A DNA stretch of 60,447 nucleotides from positions 1 through 60,447 of IMG/VR virus record IMGVR_UViG_3300045282_000062; one strand, 5' to 3'. Both the position numbers and the translations under genes were made by a program. Shown here in pieces: positions 9,404 through 19,222 of the stretch; within the stretch, counting starts at the first letter, position 1, and each line of letters starts with the position of its first letter. The DNA is from a virus (Duplodnaviria; Caudoviricetes). Below the pieces are notes generated by a model, which made no database searches, was not told the origin of the DNA, and saw only the letters and a list, made by a program, of their open reading frames with translations.

Positions 9404-9697
9404 TTACTTTTTATCCTGTTTTTGGATCTTTATAATTTCTATGTCCTGCGTATTCTTATCAATGCGTTCGTCAAGCGCTTTGATTTCTGCATTCCTGCTT
9501 TCAACTCTTGATGATGCTTTTGCGTCCTGCTTTGTCTGATATAATTCAATGGCGGCCACCCTATCTTCCAATCCTTTCCGGTCCACTGCATTTTTAACGT
9601 ACAGCCCCACGGCGCCTGATAAAACCACTACTACAGAAATTATTAACTGAATAAGTGTAATTGATTTCCCGGTTCTCATTTGTTCTTTGATGGGCAT
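9404..9697 (-). CDS. TM plus coiled-coil protein
   Basis: N-terminal TM, charged coiled coil. Confidence 0.65.
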   Translation of the reverse strand: MPIKEQMRTGKSITLIQLIISVVVVLSGAVGLYVKNAVDRKGLEDRVAAIELYQTKQDAKASSRVESRNAEIKALDERIDKNTQDIEIIKIQKQDKK

Positions 9698-9700
9698 AGT

Positions 9701-9964
9701 TTACTTTTTTATAAAAAGTGAAATGACAATTTGCGCAGCAATCGCCAGCCCCATACCAATATACACAAGCTTATTTATGGCCGCAATTTGTTTGCCTATA
9801 TTTTCTTCCAAACTATCACGCTTTTCTGCCACCCTGGAAAGTTCTTCCCGTAGTGATTTGGTATTATTTTCCATATCACGCAGAATATCTTCGCGCTCCC
9901 TACTTTTCAGGGCTTTAATCCAGTTTACCTGATTGTCAATATAATCACGGGTGCTGATTTTCAT
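9701..9964 (-). CDS. Coiled-coil plus C-terminal TM protein
   Basis: XhlA-like architecture. Confidence 0.6.
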   Translation of the reverse strand: MKISTRDYIDNQVNWIKALKSREREDILRDMENNTKSLREELSRVAEKRDSLEENIGKQIAAINKLVYIGMGLAIAAQIVISLFIKK

Positions 9965-10206
9965 TTGCTTAAACTATCCACTTTCCTTTCTGTGCGGACA
10001 CCTCTGATGCTGTCAATTTGCATTTTCTTTTTTATTAGCCGGATGTCAAAAGCTTGTGTGTCTATCTTCCTTTCCATCCGTAAATTTTGGTCATAGGTTT
10101 TATCTGCAATCTTCGCTTTCCAACATATCCAGGGCACCATAGTCATGGCAAACATGGTCAGTACTGCCATCATCCCCTGCATTATATAATTTCTACTATC
10201 TTTCAT
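9961..10206 (-). CDS. TM plus coiled-coil protein
   Basis: N-terminal hydrophobic helix. Confidence 0.6.
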   Translation of the reverse strand: MKDSRNYIMQGMMAVLTMFAMTMVPWICWKAKIADKTYDQNLRMERKIDTQAFDIRLIKKKMQIDSIRGVRTERKVDSLSK

Positions 10207-10409
10207 TTAGGTATAATTTCCAGTAATTGTTTCACTGAAAAGTAACCAAAGATCAGGCCGCCTACACCAATACCAATGGCAATGCCTTTTAAATATGAAA
10301 TAATTGTATCCAGCTTTTTTTCCATCGCATCAGATCGTTTATCCAGCACATCTATACTTTCTTCAATTTTTTCTATCCGCTGTCTTTCATCAATTGTTAA
10401 AGCAGCCAT
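10203..10409 (-). CDS. Coiled-coil plus C-terminal TM protein
   Basis: XhlA-like architecture. Confidence 0.6.
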   Translation of the reverse strand: MAALTIDERQRIEKIEESIDVLDKRSDAMEKKLDTIISYLKGIAIGIGVGGLIFGYFSVKQLLEIIPK

Positions 10410-13400
10410 TACCTGTGTTTAAACTTTTTAGTGCTGTGAAAACAGTTACAATTATTCGCACCAGGCACGCCAGATGGCTGCAATTGTGTATAGCGCCATA
10501 TTACTGCGTCAGATGCTTTTGTAAATGTTGCTGTGTGACCATTCACAGGATCATACAGTAAAAACTTAGGGCCGATCAACTTAGTGGATAGATCGAATAT
10601 TTGTATAGGCTGTCTTATAAAATTAAAATTGTTAGTGTTATACTGTGACCCGGAAACATTTGAAATAAGGGTGGAAACGGATCTACCTAAACTGTCCACC
10701 AGTAAATTGTTTGACACATTACCCGGATTTACTTTTTTCAATGATCCGTGCAGATCCTGTACGCTGATGGCAGGGCTTCCACTTTCAATGTATTCAATGA
10801 TATTGTGGTCAATATTATAGGTGGCGCTGTCAGCTGCCGCACCAGTATTTTCCAGCATAACGCTGGCCGGATTGCCGCAGCACGATTCTGGAAAATAGTG
10901 GATGGGTATGCCTTTAGATCCGCCTACGTTGTTTGTAATTTGTTTTACAATCCAATTCCAGGTTATATCATTATGACCGTGGCCCAATCCACCAAACCCA
11001 TCTTTGCCCCCGTACACTACGTTATATAAAATCGTGGCGAAGTAAGTGCCGCCCCAATCCAGCGTAAATCGCTGCGTGGCTTCATTATTATAGGCCACAT
11101 CATAAAACCAGTTATTTATTTCCTTTGCCACCATGGCCGCGCTGATCTGAAAACCGTCCCTGTACGTTCGCCTAAAAAGTGAATTCATCACGGTGAATGT
11201 GTCCATACGGGTGGATGGAATGCCGTGTGTGGTATTGTTAGACAATCCATTTGGGTTTGTATCGCCATAGTACCCACCTTCCCCATTTTGCGTGGTATCC
11301 ACCATACAGTCATCTATGCACATTTGGGACCATCGCCAATTATTCCACCAGGTTAACGGCCGCGTGGTGTCCTGATCATTTTTTACAAAGTGCCCTGTGG
11401 CGGCATTCCGGGTGTACCATCCGCGCACAGTATCATTTGACCCGAATAGCCACGCCATACCGGCTTTTAAAGCCATTACAGGCCAATCAATCTGAAAACC
11501 ATAATAGGCGCCTACCTTGTTCAGTTTGCCGTCTAAATTGCAATAGGTAAGCCCTGAACTATCGGACCCATACCCCAAACGCACAGTGCCCACGTTCACC
11601 ACTGAATCAAGCGGGCAAATAATGATCCGCCGCCCATCACATCCCATAATGCCGCCTAAAAAGAAGTTATCCCATATTCCATTATTTACGTGATTTCGCT
11701 GCACTTTGATCGTGTCGCCGCCCTGCGGATATTCACCGTAAATAGTTTTAATAGTTTCTGCCAGCTGCTGATATACCAGCTGTGTGGTTGACGTGCCGCT
11801 GATTATATACACATGTGGCGCGCCCACACGGCAGCCATGTTCATGGAATCTTTGAAAATCTTTCACCCTCACCTGCACTGTGTCACTGGCTGAATCTGAC
11901 AAACTTTTGGCCGTTACCCTAAATTGATATTCACCAGGTATTAAATTATATGCCCGTGTCGTGTCGTTTGTTGGATCTGTAAAAGTCACCGTATTTGGCC
12001 CCGCCAGCTGCGTCCACTTTATGGTCAGCGCATTTGGTCCTGTACTGCATATAAGTTTTGCAAATGTGGTGTCATAGGTTTGTGTGGGTCCGTGGCCATT
12101 TTTCTGTGCCAGGGGCTGCGTGAAATATCTGCGCGCAGCAGCAATAGCAGGCACGCCAAATGGATTTACTACCTGCACTGTGGCTGTGCTGGATGAAGAT
12201 GCACCAGCTGTGTCCGTTACTTTTAATGTAAGTGTGTATAGGCCAGCACTATCCATGTGTGTAATCCAGGTACGCGGTGAATCTGAATTTGCTATGATGG
12301 GATTTGACCCGCCGGGGCCTACTATTGTCCACAAATATGTGATGGGGTCATTATTCGGATCATCGCCGTGGCCTACCTGAAAAACAGAATCAAGCGGCAG
12401 GGTAATAATTTTATTAGATCCTGCATCTGAATTGGGCGCGGTATTCTGCGCGGCGCCTTGTTCAGTGATAATTAAATAATCAAAATAGGCACTTGGGTAT
12501 CCTACAGATGGTGAAACTTTCATAGCCAGCTGCCCTGCCAGTGATGGCACTAAATTAATTGCCGTAAATTCATTTGCATAGTTATTGCCGGCAATCATTT
12601 CCGCTGAATCATTTGTGGTAGTGATTTTAAACTTTACTTTTCTGGCCGGGCTAGTCACACTGATAGACGCGGCGGATTTGATTGTATAAAGTTTATTGGG
12701 GTCTAAATTGCTGAATGTGACTGTCATAATACCATTTGACCCGCCATAGGCATAATTATTAAGCGCCTGCCATGGCACTTTCAGCCCGGTAATCGTACTT
12801 GCATACAAACTTGAATTGGCGATGGCTGGCGAATGATACCCGGCCAGCTGGACAGTCCAGCCGTCATTGGTGCCGTCTGTCCTCACTAAATTAAAACTTA
12901 ATGCGCTATCGGGTTTCCATCTTTGCCAGGTAGAATCATAATAGCCCATATTCAGCGTCATTGATACTTTAGATGTCTTATCGGTCCCTGATGATTTATT
13001 GATAACACGTAGCTGCATTTGATCGAAACTAAAAGCGCCGCCATTATCTGTAGCCCCGAATTGCAGGGTATAAAGCCCGGGCGACAAACCGGATACAGTC
13101 ACTGTATCTGTAGTAGTAGATGAAAATATGACGGACCCACCGGCGATTAGGGACCATCCGCGTGATGCAATCGTGCCATCAGGATCACTGGCTGTACCTG
13201 TCAGGAAAATACTGGTTTGCGGCAAAATTATAGTCTGATCTGATCCTGCGCTAACTACTGGCGGAATGTTGGATGATGCCACTACAGTTATTTGCACGTC
13301 ATCTGTGCCCGTTAATCCGTTATTATCTGTAATTGTCACCCTGAATACATACACCCCGGCCACCAGCCCTGTGGCTGTAGTAGTGGCCAGTGTCGCATCA

Positions 13401-14554
13401 GTGATGGTAAAAGTAGATGGCCCTGAAATTTTTGACCATGCGTATGTGGTTATGCTTGTCGCATCACCGTTTACAAAACTGGCAGACGCATCTAAATTAC
13501 CCGTGCTAACCGGCAGCGTTATAGTCTGATCAAATCCTGCATTCGCTGTAGGCGCTATGTGCCCGGACGTATTTGTGGATGTGTCCAGTTTACTGATCAT
13601 CCAGGTATAAACGTTTGTATTGATATCTACAGTGCCGTGTGAACGGCTAACCACACCTGACTTTGAAGTATTCCACACAGCTGTAGGATCTGTGAACGTG
13701 GGGAAACTTCCGTGGGCGCCCGTACCGTAGTGGCAGATATATCGCGTGGCGCTATTGACCACTGCGCTATCCATTTTTGTTGCCCTTGGGGCTTCATCCC
13801 TGCCGCCGTCTGCGTCTTGTTCAAACATCAACATTTTTCCGCCCCTTACAACCCAATCCACATACATGTATGGGTACTTCCGTTCGCCGCCAAATGTACT
13901 TGTTTTAGCATAGGGATTTCCCTGAATACATACGATGGCCCTGATTCCGTCATTGTATGAATGATCACCGGCAGTAGGCTGATAGCCCGCCTGACCGTCT
14001 GCATACTGACTACCTTGCGAAATATCGATTTCAGCCACGCCGTTTTTCTTTACTTTAAAACGGCTGCGCATGATATCCATCGCAGGTTTTTGCGTAGTAG
14101 GATCAAAATAAGTTCCACCAGCAAACGGTAAAAATGATACTATAACAGGGTGGAAAGTTTTGCCATCATACACCACTGACCCATCCCATGTGCCCAATGA
14201 ATCTATATAGTAGTGCGGGCCATATTTGCGAAGTCCTGAAATTTTATTGGCGTTTATTTCGCCTTCCCCGGGCCACCAAACTATCAATAGATTTGAATCT
14301 AAATTATTTTGGTCATACGTGATGATAGCCGGGCGGCCATTTATAAGTGTGTCCTTTGTGACCATGGACGCCCAAAAATATTTGGTTTTCACGGGGTCCT
14401 GTGGATATCCGTAATGCGTGTCAAATATCCTGGCGCGCCTATCTAACCTATAATATTTCGGAATGCTTTTGCGGCCTGATGTTGTAAAGGACAGCAAAAA
14501 CAAACTGAACATGGATATCAAAACGCCCGTAAATATCTTATCTATTTGCTTCAT
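10409..14554 (-). CDS. Large exported multidomain protein: hydrolase-like N-domain, PKD/Ig repeats, beta-helix-like C-domain
   Basis: Signal-like N-terminus; repeats PTANAGFDQTITLP, PVVSAGSDQTIILP, PNSDAGSNKIITLP; Asn/Gly-rich beta-helix-like end. Confidence 0.75.
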   Translation of the reverse strand: MKQIDKIFTGVLISMFSLFLLSFTTSGRKSIPKYYRLDRRARIFDTHYGYPQDPVKTKYFWASMVTKDTLINGRPAIITYDQNNLDSNLLIVWWPGEGEINANKISGLRKYGPHYYIDSLGTWDGSVVYDGKTFHPVIVSFLPFAGGTYFDPTTQKPAMDIMRSRFKVKKNGVAEIDISQGSQYADGQAGYQPTAGDHSYNDGIRAIVCIQGNPYAKTSTFGGERKYPYMYVDWVVRGGKMLMFEQDADGGRDEAPRATKMDSAVVNSATRYICHYGTGAHGSFPTFTDPTAVWNTSKSGVVSRSHGTVDINTNVYTWMISKLDTSTNTSGHIAPTANAGFDQTITLPVSTGNLDASASFVNGDATSITTYAWSKISGPSTFTITDATLATTTATGLVAGVYVFRVTITDNNGLTGTDDVQITVVASSNIPPVVSAGSDQTIILPQTSIFLTGTASDPDGTIASRGWSLIAGGSVIFSSTTTDTVTVSGLSPGLYTLQFGATDNGGAFSFDQMQLRVINKSSGTDKTSKVSMTLNMGYYDSTWQRWKPDSALSFNLVRTDGTNDGWTVQLAGYHSPAIANSSLYASTITGLKVPWQALNNYAYGGSNGIMTVTFSNLDPNKLYTIKSAASISVTSPARKVKFKITTTNDSAEMIAGNNYANEFTAINLVPSLAGQLAMKVSPSVGYPSAYFDYLIITEQGAAQNTAPNSDAGSNKIITLPLDSVFQVGHGDDPNNDPITYLWTIVGPGGSNPIIANSDSPRTWITHMDSAGLYTLTLKVTDTAGASSSSTATVQVVNPFGVPAIAAARRYFTQPLAQKNGHGPTQTYDTTFAKLICSTGPNALTIKWTQLAGPNTVTFTDPTNDTTRAYNLIPGEYQFRVTAKSLSDSASDTVQVRVKDFQRFHEHGCRVGAPHVYIISGTSTTQLVYQQLAETIKTIYGEYPQGGDTIKVQRNHVNNGIWDNFFLGGIMGCDGRRIIICPLDSVVNVGTVRLGYGSDSSGLTYCNLDGKLNKVGAYYGFQIDWPVMALKAGMAWLFGSNDTVRGWYTRNAATGHFVKNDQDTTRPLTWWNNWRWSQMCIDDCMVDTTQNGEGGYYGDTNPNGLSNNTTHGIPSTRMDTFTVMNSLFRRTYRDGFQISAAMVAKEINNWFYDVAYNNEATQRFTLDWGGTYFATILYNVVYGGKDGFGGLGHGHNDITWNWIVKQITNNVGGSKGIPIHYFPESCCGNPASVMLENTGAAADSATYNIDHNIIEYIESGSPAISVQDLHGSLKKVNPGNVSNNLLVDSLGRSVSTLISNVSGSQYNTNNFNFIRQPIQIFDLSTKLIGPKFLLYDPVNGHTATFTKASDAVIWRYTQLQPSGVPGANNCNCFHSTKKFKHR

Positions 14555-14563
14555 CGTGTCAGA

Positions 14564-16999
14564 TTAATAAACGCCAGCGTAAATAAATGATCCGCTTTTT
14601 GTCACAGATGATGAATTAAAAGAAGATGCCAAAGTAGTTTGTGTGCTAATCGTGCCCTGCAAAAACATGCTATGCGTAAAATCTGAACTACTTTTGCTTA
14701 TCGCCGCCGCTGCCAATCCGTTAAAACCTGGCGCCGTTACCTGTGCGCTTTCATTGTACAGCAGGCCGATATAATACAGGCCGATAGCTGCTGAATATGT
14801 GCCGCTGAAAGCCACCCTGACCGCCCCTGATCCGGTCCACGTAGTTCCACTGCTGGCAGATGACGCCACAAGTGTAGCCGCGCCAGTAGTCAGATCCACA
14901 GAATACAGCCCCACCCTGTTTTCATTATTCGCTGTATAGTTTCCAGCCGTCTGCTGATCTAAATCTATGCCCGTTAAAGTTTGCGCGCTTGATACATAGA
15001 CAGCTATGATTCTTAGCTGTGAGTTCGCTAAAGATTGATTTGTAGCTGCCGTACCTTTCTTTACTCCAAGTGATTGAAATTTAAGCGTGCTGCCCATCAA
15101 ATGGTACACGTTCATATCATCATCGATGGCCGCCGCAGCGTCCACATACGCATCCGTGGCCACTTTTGTAGACGCATCTAATGGCGACTGCGTTGTAGCC
15201 GTTATGCCGTTTGGAATGGATGATGTAGTGGAAACTGCATTGGTGCTGGACGCATAATATGCCAGCTGGTTAGCCGTTCCTGTATTCACTGTGCCTGATC
15301 CACCGCCACCGGTGCCATAAGTTGACCACGGCAATTTAACAACGTACCCGGCACTGTTTACGCCGATCGGTTTAATATTCGTGGAATCTAAAACAGGTAT
15401 AGTAAGATTTTTAAACCTGGTGCCGTACTGATCCCATGTAATTGCTATGGATGGTGTATCGGTAACGGGCGAACCTGTCATGCCCGCAATCAGTACGCTG
15501 ATAGATCCCTGTGATGCATTTATTATACTTCGCCCAGATCCACTATTTCTAATCAAAAAACCATCAGGCACAAATCCATTTGTTGAACTTCCTTCATAAG
15601 CCTGAAATGAATGGGTTAAATCGTTCGTAAATAAAAATCCAGAAGCGGCGGCATTTCCTGCATTGGTATTGGTCATTAATATTCGCGGAAAACCATTATT
15701 ATTAGCAGTCAGATTTATCATCGTGCCGCCAGCAGTATTTCCTAAAATTTGTAAGCCCCCGGGCATCCCTGTAAAACTTGCATCAATATCAAGTGAACCG
15801 TTTGTAGAATCATTAGTTAATCCCTTTACTCTGTATAGTGTATTGTCTGTGCCCCAATACGATAGGGTGCCAGCCAAACCGTTACCGGTAACTGTACCTT
15901 GCTGCTGAAATACCAGTGCAGTGGTGCCGGGCGTAATCGTACCGCCTGTTATCTGCATCCACAGGCTACCTATATTTTTAGTGCCGGCTTTTACAGCCAC
16001 CAGTGTCCCTGCTGCCATGTTATCACCCTGCGCAGAATAACTGCCCCACGTTAAAATCCAGGGCTGCGAAACACTGCCTACCTGCGTCACGGTGTAAATT
16101 TCATTCTGCGCGCCGGATGCCTGATTTTTCACTAACACGCGCTGGCCAGCTGATAGCGTCACGCCATCGATAGCCGGCAAAACTAAGTTTGTAGTGGATG
16201 TCAGGGTGCCCGCGCCACTGTTAAACGTGCTGGCCCCAAGTGCAGCTGTAGTGGCTGCGTCCACTGACTGATGTAGCGGCACAGGCTGTGTGGCAAATAG
16301 TCCACTAGGATTGTAGACTACATTATGGGACGCCACCAGTGTCCCTGCATGTTCAGTAACGGTTTGCCATCTTCCTTTATTATCGATGTGTCCACCAGGT
16401 AAAATGTAGGTGGCGTCCACCGCGGATGTAGGCACCAAATATTCACGTATCAATGAATCACCCAATTTTGTGTGGGCTATTTCTGTAGAATCTTTTTGCC
16501 CAAAAGTGTAAAGCGAATCACCTGCATTTGAATTACGCAGTGAATTGACTGTGGCCCCCGGGTATGTGTACAGATTAATAGAATCATTGAACAAACGCCA
16601 GGCGCTGCCACTCCAATTTAAATATCCGGGTGTCAGTGATGGCAATGCATGGGCCAGCAATCCGGTGTTTGTGACCACACCTACATTTGTATTCGTCCAG
16701 TCGCCGCTGATCGTGCGCGCTGTGGCTATGCCTAAATTGTTGCCTATAAAAAAATCTGCATCCGGCAGCGCAGATGTACCGCCGCCGCCCTGTGTGACGG
16801 TATGGAATTCAGTGCGGCCATTTCCCATATTTTGCAGAAATCCGCCTATGGTGTCTTTTGTTTTATTGCGCAGCACCAGTTCAGCATAGCCGCCATTTTT
16901 ATAAATGCGTATGCTATCGCCGCGCAGGTCCACATTACTTTGGGCAATACCGGTCATAGATAGCACCAGTAGCCCGAAAAAAATCAATAATTTTTTCAT
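14564..16999 (-). CDS. Tail-fibre-like protein with a Sec signal peptide
   Basis: MKKLLIFFGLLVLSMTGIA-Q; fibre motifs IDGVTLSAGQRVLVKNQ, GTANQLAYY, STKVATDAYV. Confidence 0.72.
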   Translation of the reverse strand: MKKLLIFFGLLVLSMTGIAQSNVDLRGDSIRIYKNGGYAELVLRNKTKDTIGGFLQNMGNGRTEFHTVTQGGGGTSALPDADFFIGNNLGIATARTISGDWTNTNVGVVTNTGLLAHALPSLTPGYLNWSGSAWRLFNDSINLYTYPGATVNSLRNSNAGDSLYTFGQKDSTEIAHTKLGDSLIREYLVPTSAVDATYILPGGHIDNKGRWQTVTEHAGTLVASHNVVYNPSGLFATQPVPLHQSVDAATTAALGASTFNSGAGTLTSTTNLVLPAIDGVTLSAGQRVLVKNQASGAQNEIYTVTQVGSVSQPWILTWGSYSAQGDNMAAGTLVAVKAGTKNIGSLWMQITGGTITPGTTALVFQQQGTVTGNGLAGTLSYWGTDNTLYRVKGLTNDSTNGSLDIDASFTGMPGGLQILGNTAGGTMINLTANNNGFPRILMTNTNAGNAAASGFLFTNDLTHSFQAYEGSSTNGFVPDGFLIRNSGSGRSIINASQGSISVLIAGMTGSPVTDTPSIAITWDQYGTRFKNLTIPVLDSTNIKPIGVNSAGYVVKLPWSTYGTGGGGSGTVNTGTANQLAYYASSTNAVSTTSSIPNGITATTQSPLDASTKVATDAYVDAAAAIDDDMNVYHLMGSTLKFQSLGVKKGTAATNQSLANSQLRIIAVYVSSAQTLTGIDLDQQTAGNYTANNENRVGLYSVDLTTGAATLVASSASSGTTWTGSGAVRVAFSGTYSAAIGLYYIGLLYNESAQVTAPGFNGLAAAAISKSSSDFTHSMFLQGTISTQTTLASSFNSSSVTKSGSFIYAGVY

Positions 17000-17032
17000 G
17001 GTGCAAAAATTAAGGGGCCGCAGCCCCGTTAA

Positions 17033-17590
17033 TTAAGAAAGATATTCAAAGCAGTTAAATATCCCATCCGGGGTATTGTACGGCACCGGAATATCGTCAT
17101 TTGTCCACTTTACAGTCACGTCATACGTAACTTCATCAGTGGTAGGCGCCGTTACCGGGTTTTTAGGAATTATTTCTACTACTTTGTCCGAAAAATGTAT
17201 TTGGGTGGATGTGCGCCATGCCACGTAGTAATTGCGGCTACGTTTGAGTTCATTATAAAACTGCCCGTTATGTTCGCTATAATTCGGGTCTTTGTAATTC
17301 AGGGTGAAAATGTACCCATTCAGCTTTGTGACCTGATCACCATAGCCATCACTTTCCTGTTCAGCACCACCGTCAAACGTGCCATTTGTGGCAGGTATGA
17401 TGATGATCTGCTTTGACGTAATACCGTTCAGCCATTCCTGTGGGTTTGACGGATTAGTAAATACAAAATTCTTTTTGATGAATGCCACGCTACGTACACG
17501 GGCATTTTCTACCACACCGCAATCACTACAAAGATGATCGGGTATTTGGGCATCGCAATTGGACGGCGTATAGATATTGTAGTAGGCCAT
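17033..17590 (-). CDS. Putative major tail tube protein
   Basis: 185 aa, beta-rich, follows the head-tail genes, hairpin downstream (about 17014-17027). Confidence 0.6.
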   Translation of the reverse strand: MAYYNIYTPSNCDAQIPDHLCSDCGVVENARVRSVAFIKKNFVFTNPSNPQEWLNGITSKQIIIIPATNGTFDGGAEQESDGYGDQVTKLNGYIFTLNYKDPNYSEHNGQFYNELKRSRNYYVAWRTSTQIHFSDKVVEIIPKNPVTAPTTDEVTYDVTVKWTNDDIPVPYNTPDGIFNCFEYLS

Positions 17591-17619
17591 TTTAAAACAT
17601 TTTTTAGGTTATGAACGAT

Positions 17620-18174
17620 TTAAAGACATTTAGGTAGACAAACCGGATCAAATACCGCTTCTATTTGGTACGTGATTGAAAAAATATTTTGCTGCAATCG
17701 CATTTCATTCTGCACGCCCTGGTATTCAGCAGCATAAATCTGCGCTGAATTAAAATTTGCTGACAGCAGGCGCACGATCACGGATCTATAATTAGGCATC
17801 GCAATTACGTTTTGTAAATTCGCCTGTATGTAGTTCACAAGTTCATCAGCCTGCACCCCGCCCAATTTCTTTTTATCAAAGAAAATGTACATGGTATTTG
17901 AATAGGTATTGACCTGGAAACCTAACGAATCACCAAAACTGGACGGCCGGGTGCTAATTTGCAGGCCATTAGATTTGTGGTACAAAATCAGCGGGCTGGT
18001 GTCAGCAGCACCCACATAATTTGCATTTCCATTTTTATCTACGTAGCCTGGCATATTATCTGCGCCCCGTTTGACGTTTTCAGCAATACCGTCATACAAT
18101 TGCGCGCCAGTAAACTTTTCAAAGATCGGCTGTAGCTGGTTATTGATACACGCTATTAGTTCTGTCAGGTTCAT
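17620..18174 (-). CDS. Putative tail terminator protein
   Basis: Size and position. Confidence 0.5.
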   Translation of the reverse strand: MNLTELIACINNQLQPIFEKFTGAQLYDGIAENVKRGADNMPGYVDKNGNANYVGAADTSPLILYHKSNGLQISTRPSSFGDSLGFQVNTYSNTMYIFFDKKKLGGVQADELVNYIQANLQNVIAMPNYRSVIVRLLSANFNSAQIYAAEYQGVQNEMRLQQNIFSITYQIEAVFDPVCLPKCL

Positions 18175-18722
18175 TTTAATGTATCACCGGCCAGCTGATT
18201 TATTCTATCGTATGCGGCTTTTATTTCAGCTTCCGTTAAATCCCAAATTCGCCGCCCGTTATATGTTGCCTGTACCCACTGTGTTTTATCGAAATTCAGT
18301 GAGTTATTAAACCCCACCCCATAACCTTTTTCCGTGGCGATAATCGCATAATCATTTTCCAGCTGCCTGGTTAAACTGGCCACTATTTTTGTCTCACTAC
18401 TGCGATGATACTGCGGCCGCGGTTTTCCTTTTTCTATTCCTTTGGTGAAAACCCCTGTGGGTTTTGGCTGTCCTTTGCGCGGTCCTGATTTAAACGGCTC
18501 ATTTGTTTTAAAAATTCCTGTGCGCACAGCCATGTAACCTTTAGAGTATTCGCCAATCTGATTTCCATCGCTGGCAATACCATCCGTGTGAATTCGCCTG
18601 GTAATCGCTGCTATGGCGTCTGCCGCCACCGGGCGCAGTAGATATTCTTTATTATTAAGCTTTTCTACTGTTTTTGCCAGATTCGTCACCACTTCTTTTA
18701 AATGAATCTTTAAAGAAATCAT
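18171..18722 (-). CDS. Putative neck/tail completion protein
   Basis: Basic protein; RRIHTDG...G...IGEYS pattern; position. Confidence 0.55.
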   Translation of the reverse strand: MISLKIHLKEVVTNLAKTVEKLNNKEYLLRPVAADAIAAITRRIHTDGIASDGNQIGEYSKGYMAVRTGIFKTNEPFKSGPRKGQPKPTGVFTKGIEKGKPRPQYHRSSETKIVASLTRQLENDYAIIATEKGYGVGFNNSLNFDKTQWVQATYNGRRIWDLTEAEIKAAYDRINQLAGDTLK

Positions 18723-19222
18723 GGCAGCTGTATTACTTCCGTATAGTCACCCCCTTCCGGCAGGCAGCATGTTCGCACATCTACCAGCTTTATTGCCTTC
18801 GCTAATGCCGCTTCATATTCAGCTGTATAGTAATTTAATTGCTCTTTAGCTTCGTCCCGGGTCACTGTAGTAAAATAGTTTAACCGGGGCGAATACAGTC
18901 TGAATAGCATTATTTGGGCGCCTAAAGCATATTTCCACGCCGTTAAAAGAACTTTTCTGTTAAGGCAAATCAAATTTTCGTAATCGCAGTATGGTCGAAT
19001 CGTGTAGCACTGCATCAAAGCGTTAAAAAAATCCAGGCTAAACCTGTCCCACGCTTCCGTCTGCACATCTGCCCACACATTCAAATACGTAATTTGTTCA
19101 GCATTTGCCGTGCTGTCTATAGCTTCTATAGATACCCCCGGAAGGGAATTTATGTAAACCCCACTTTCCGGGGGCGTTGTATTGCAGCCCTTAATCCCAA
19201 TATAGTCCGTTAAACAATTCAA
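18719..19222 (-). CDS. Putative head-tail adaptor
   Basis: Directly after the capsid gene; 7 Cys. Confidence 0.55.
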   Translation of the reverse strand: MNCLTDYIGIKGCNTTPPESGVYINSLPGVSIEAIDSTANAEQITYLNVWADVQTEAWDRFSLDFFNALMQCYTIRPYCDYENLICLNRKVLLTAWKYALGAQIMLFRLYSPRLNYFTTVTRDEAKEQLNYYTAEYEAALAKAIKLVDVRTCCLPEGGDYTEVIQLP

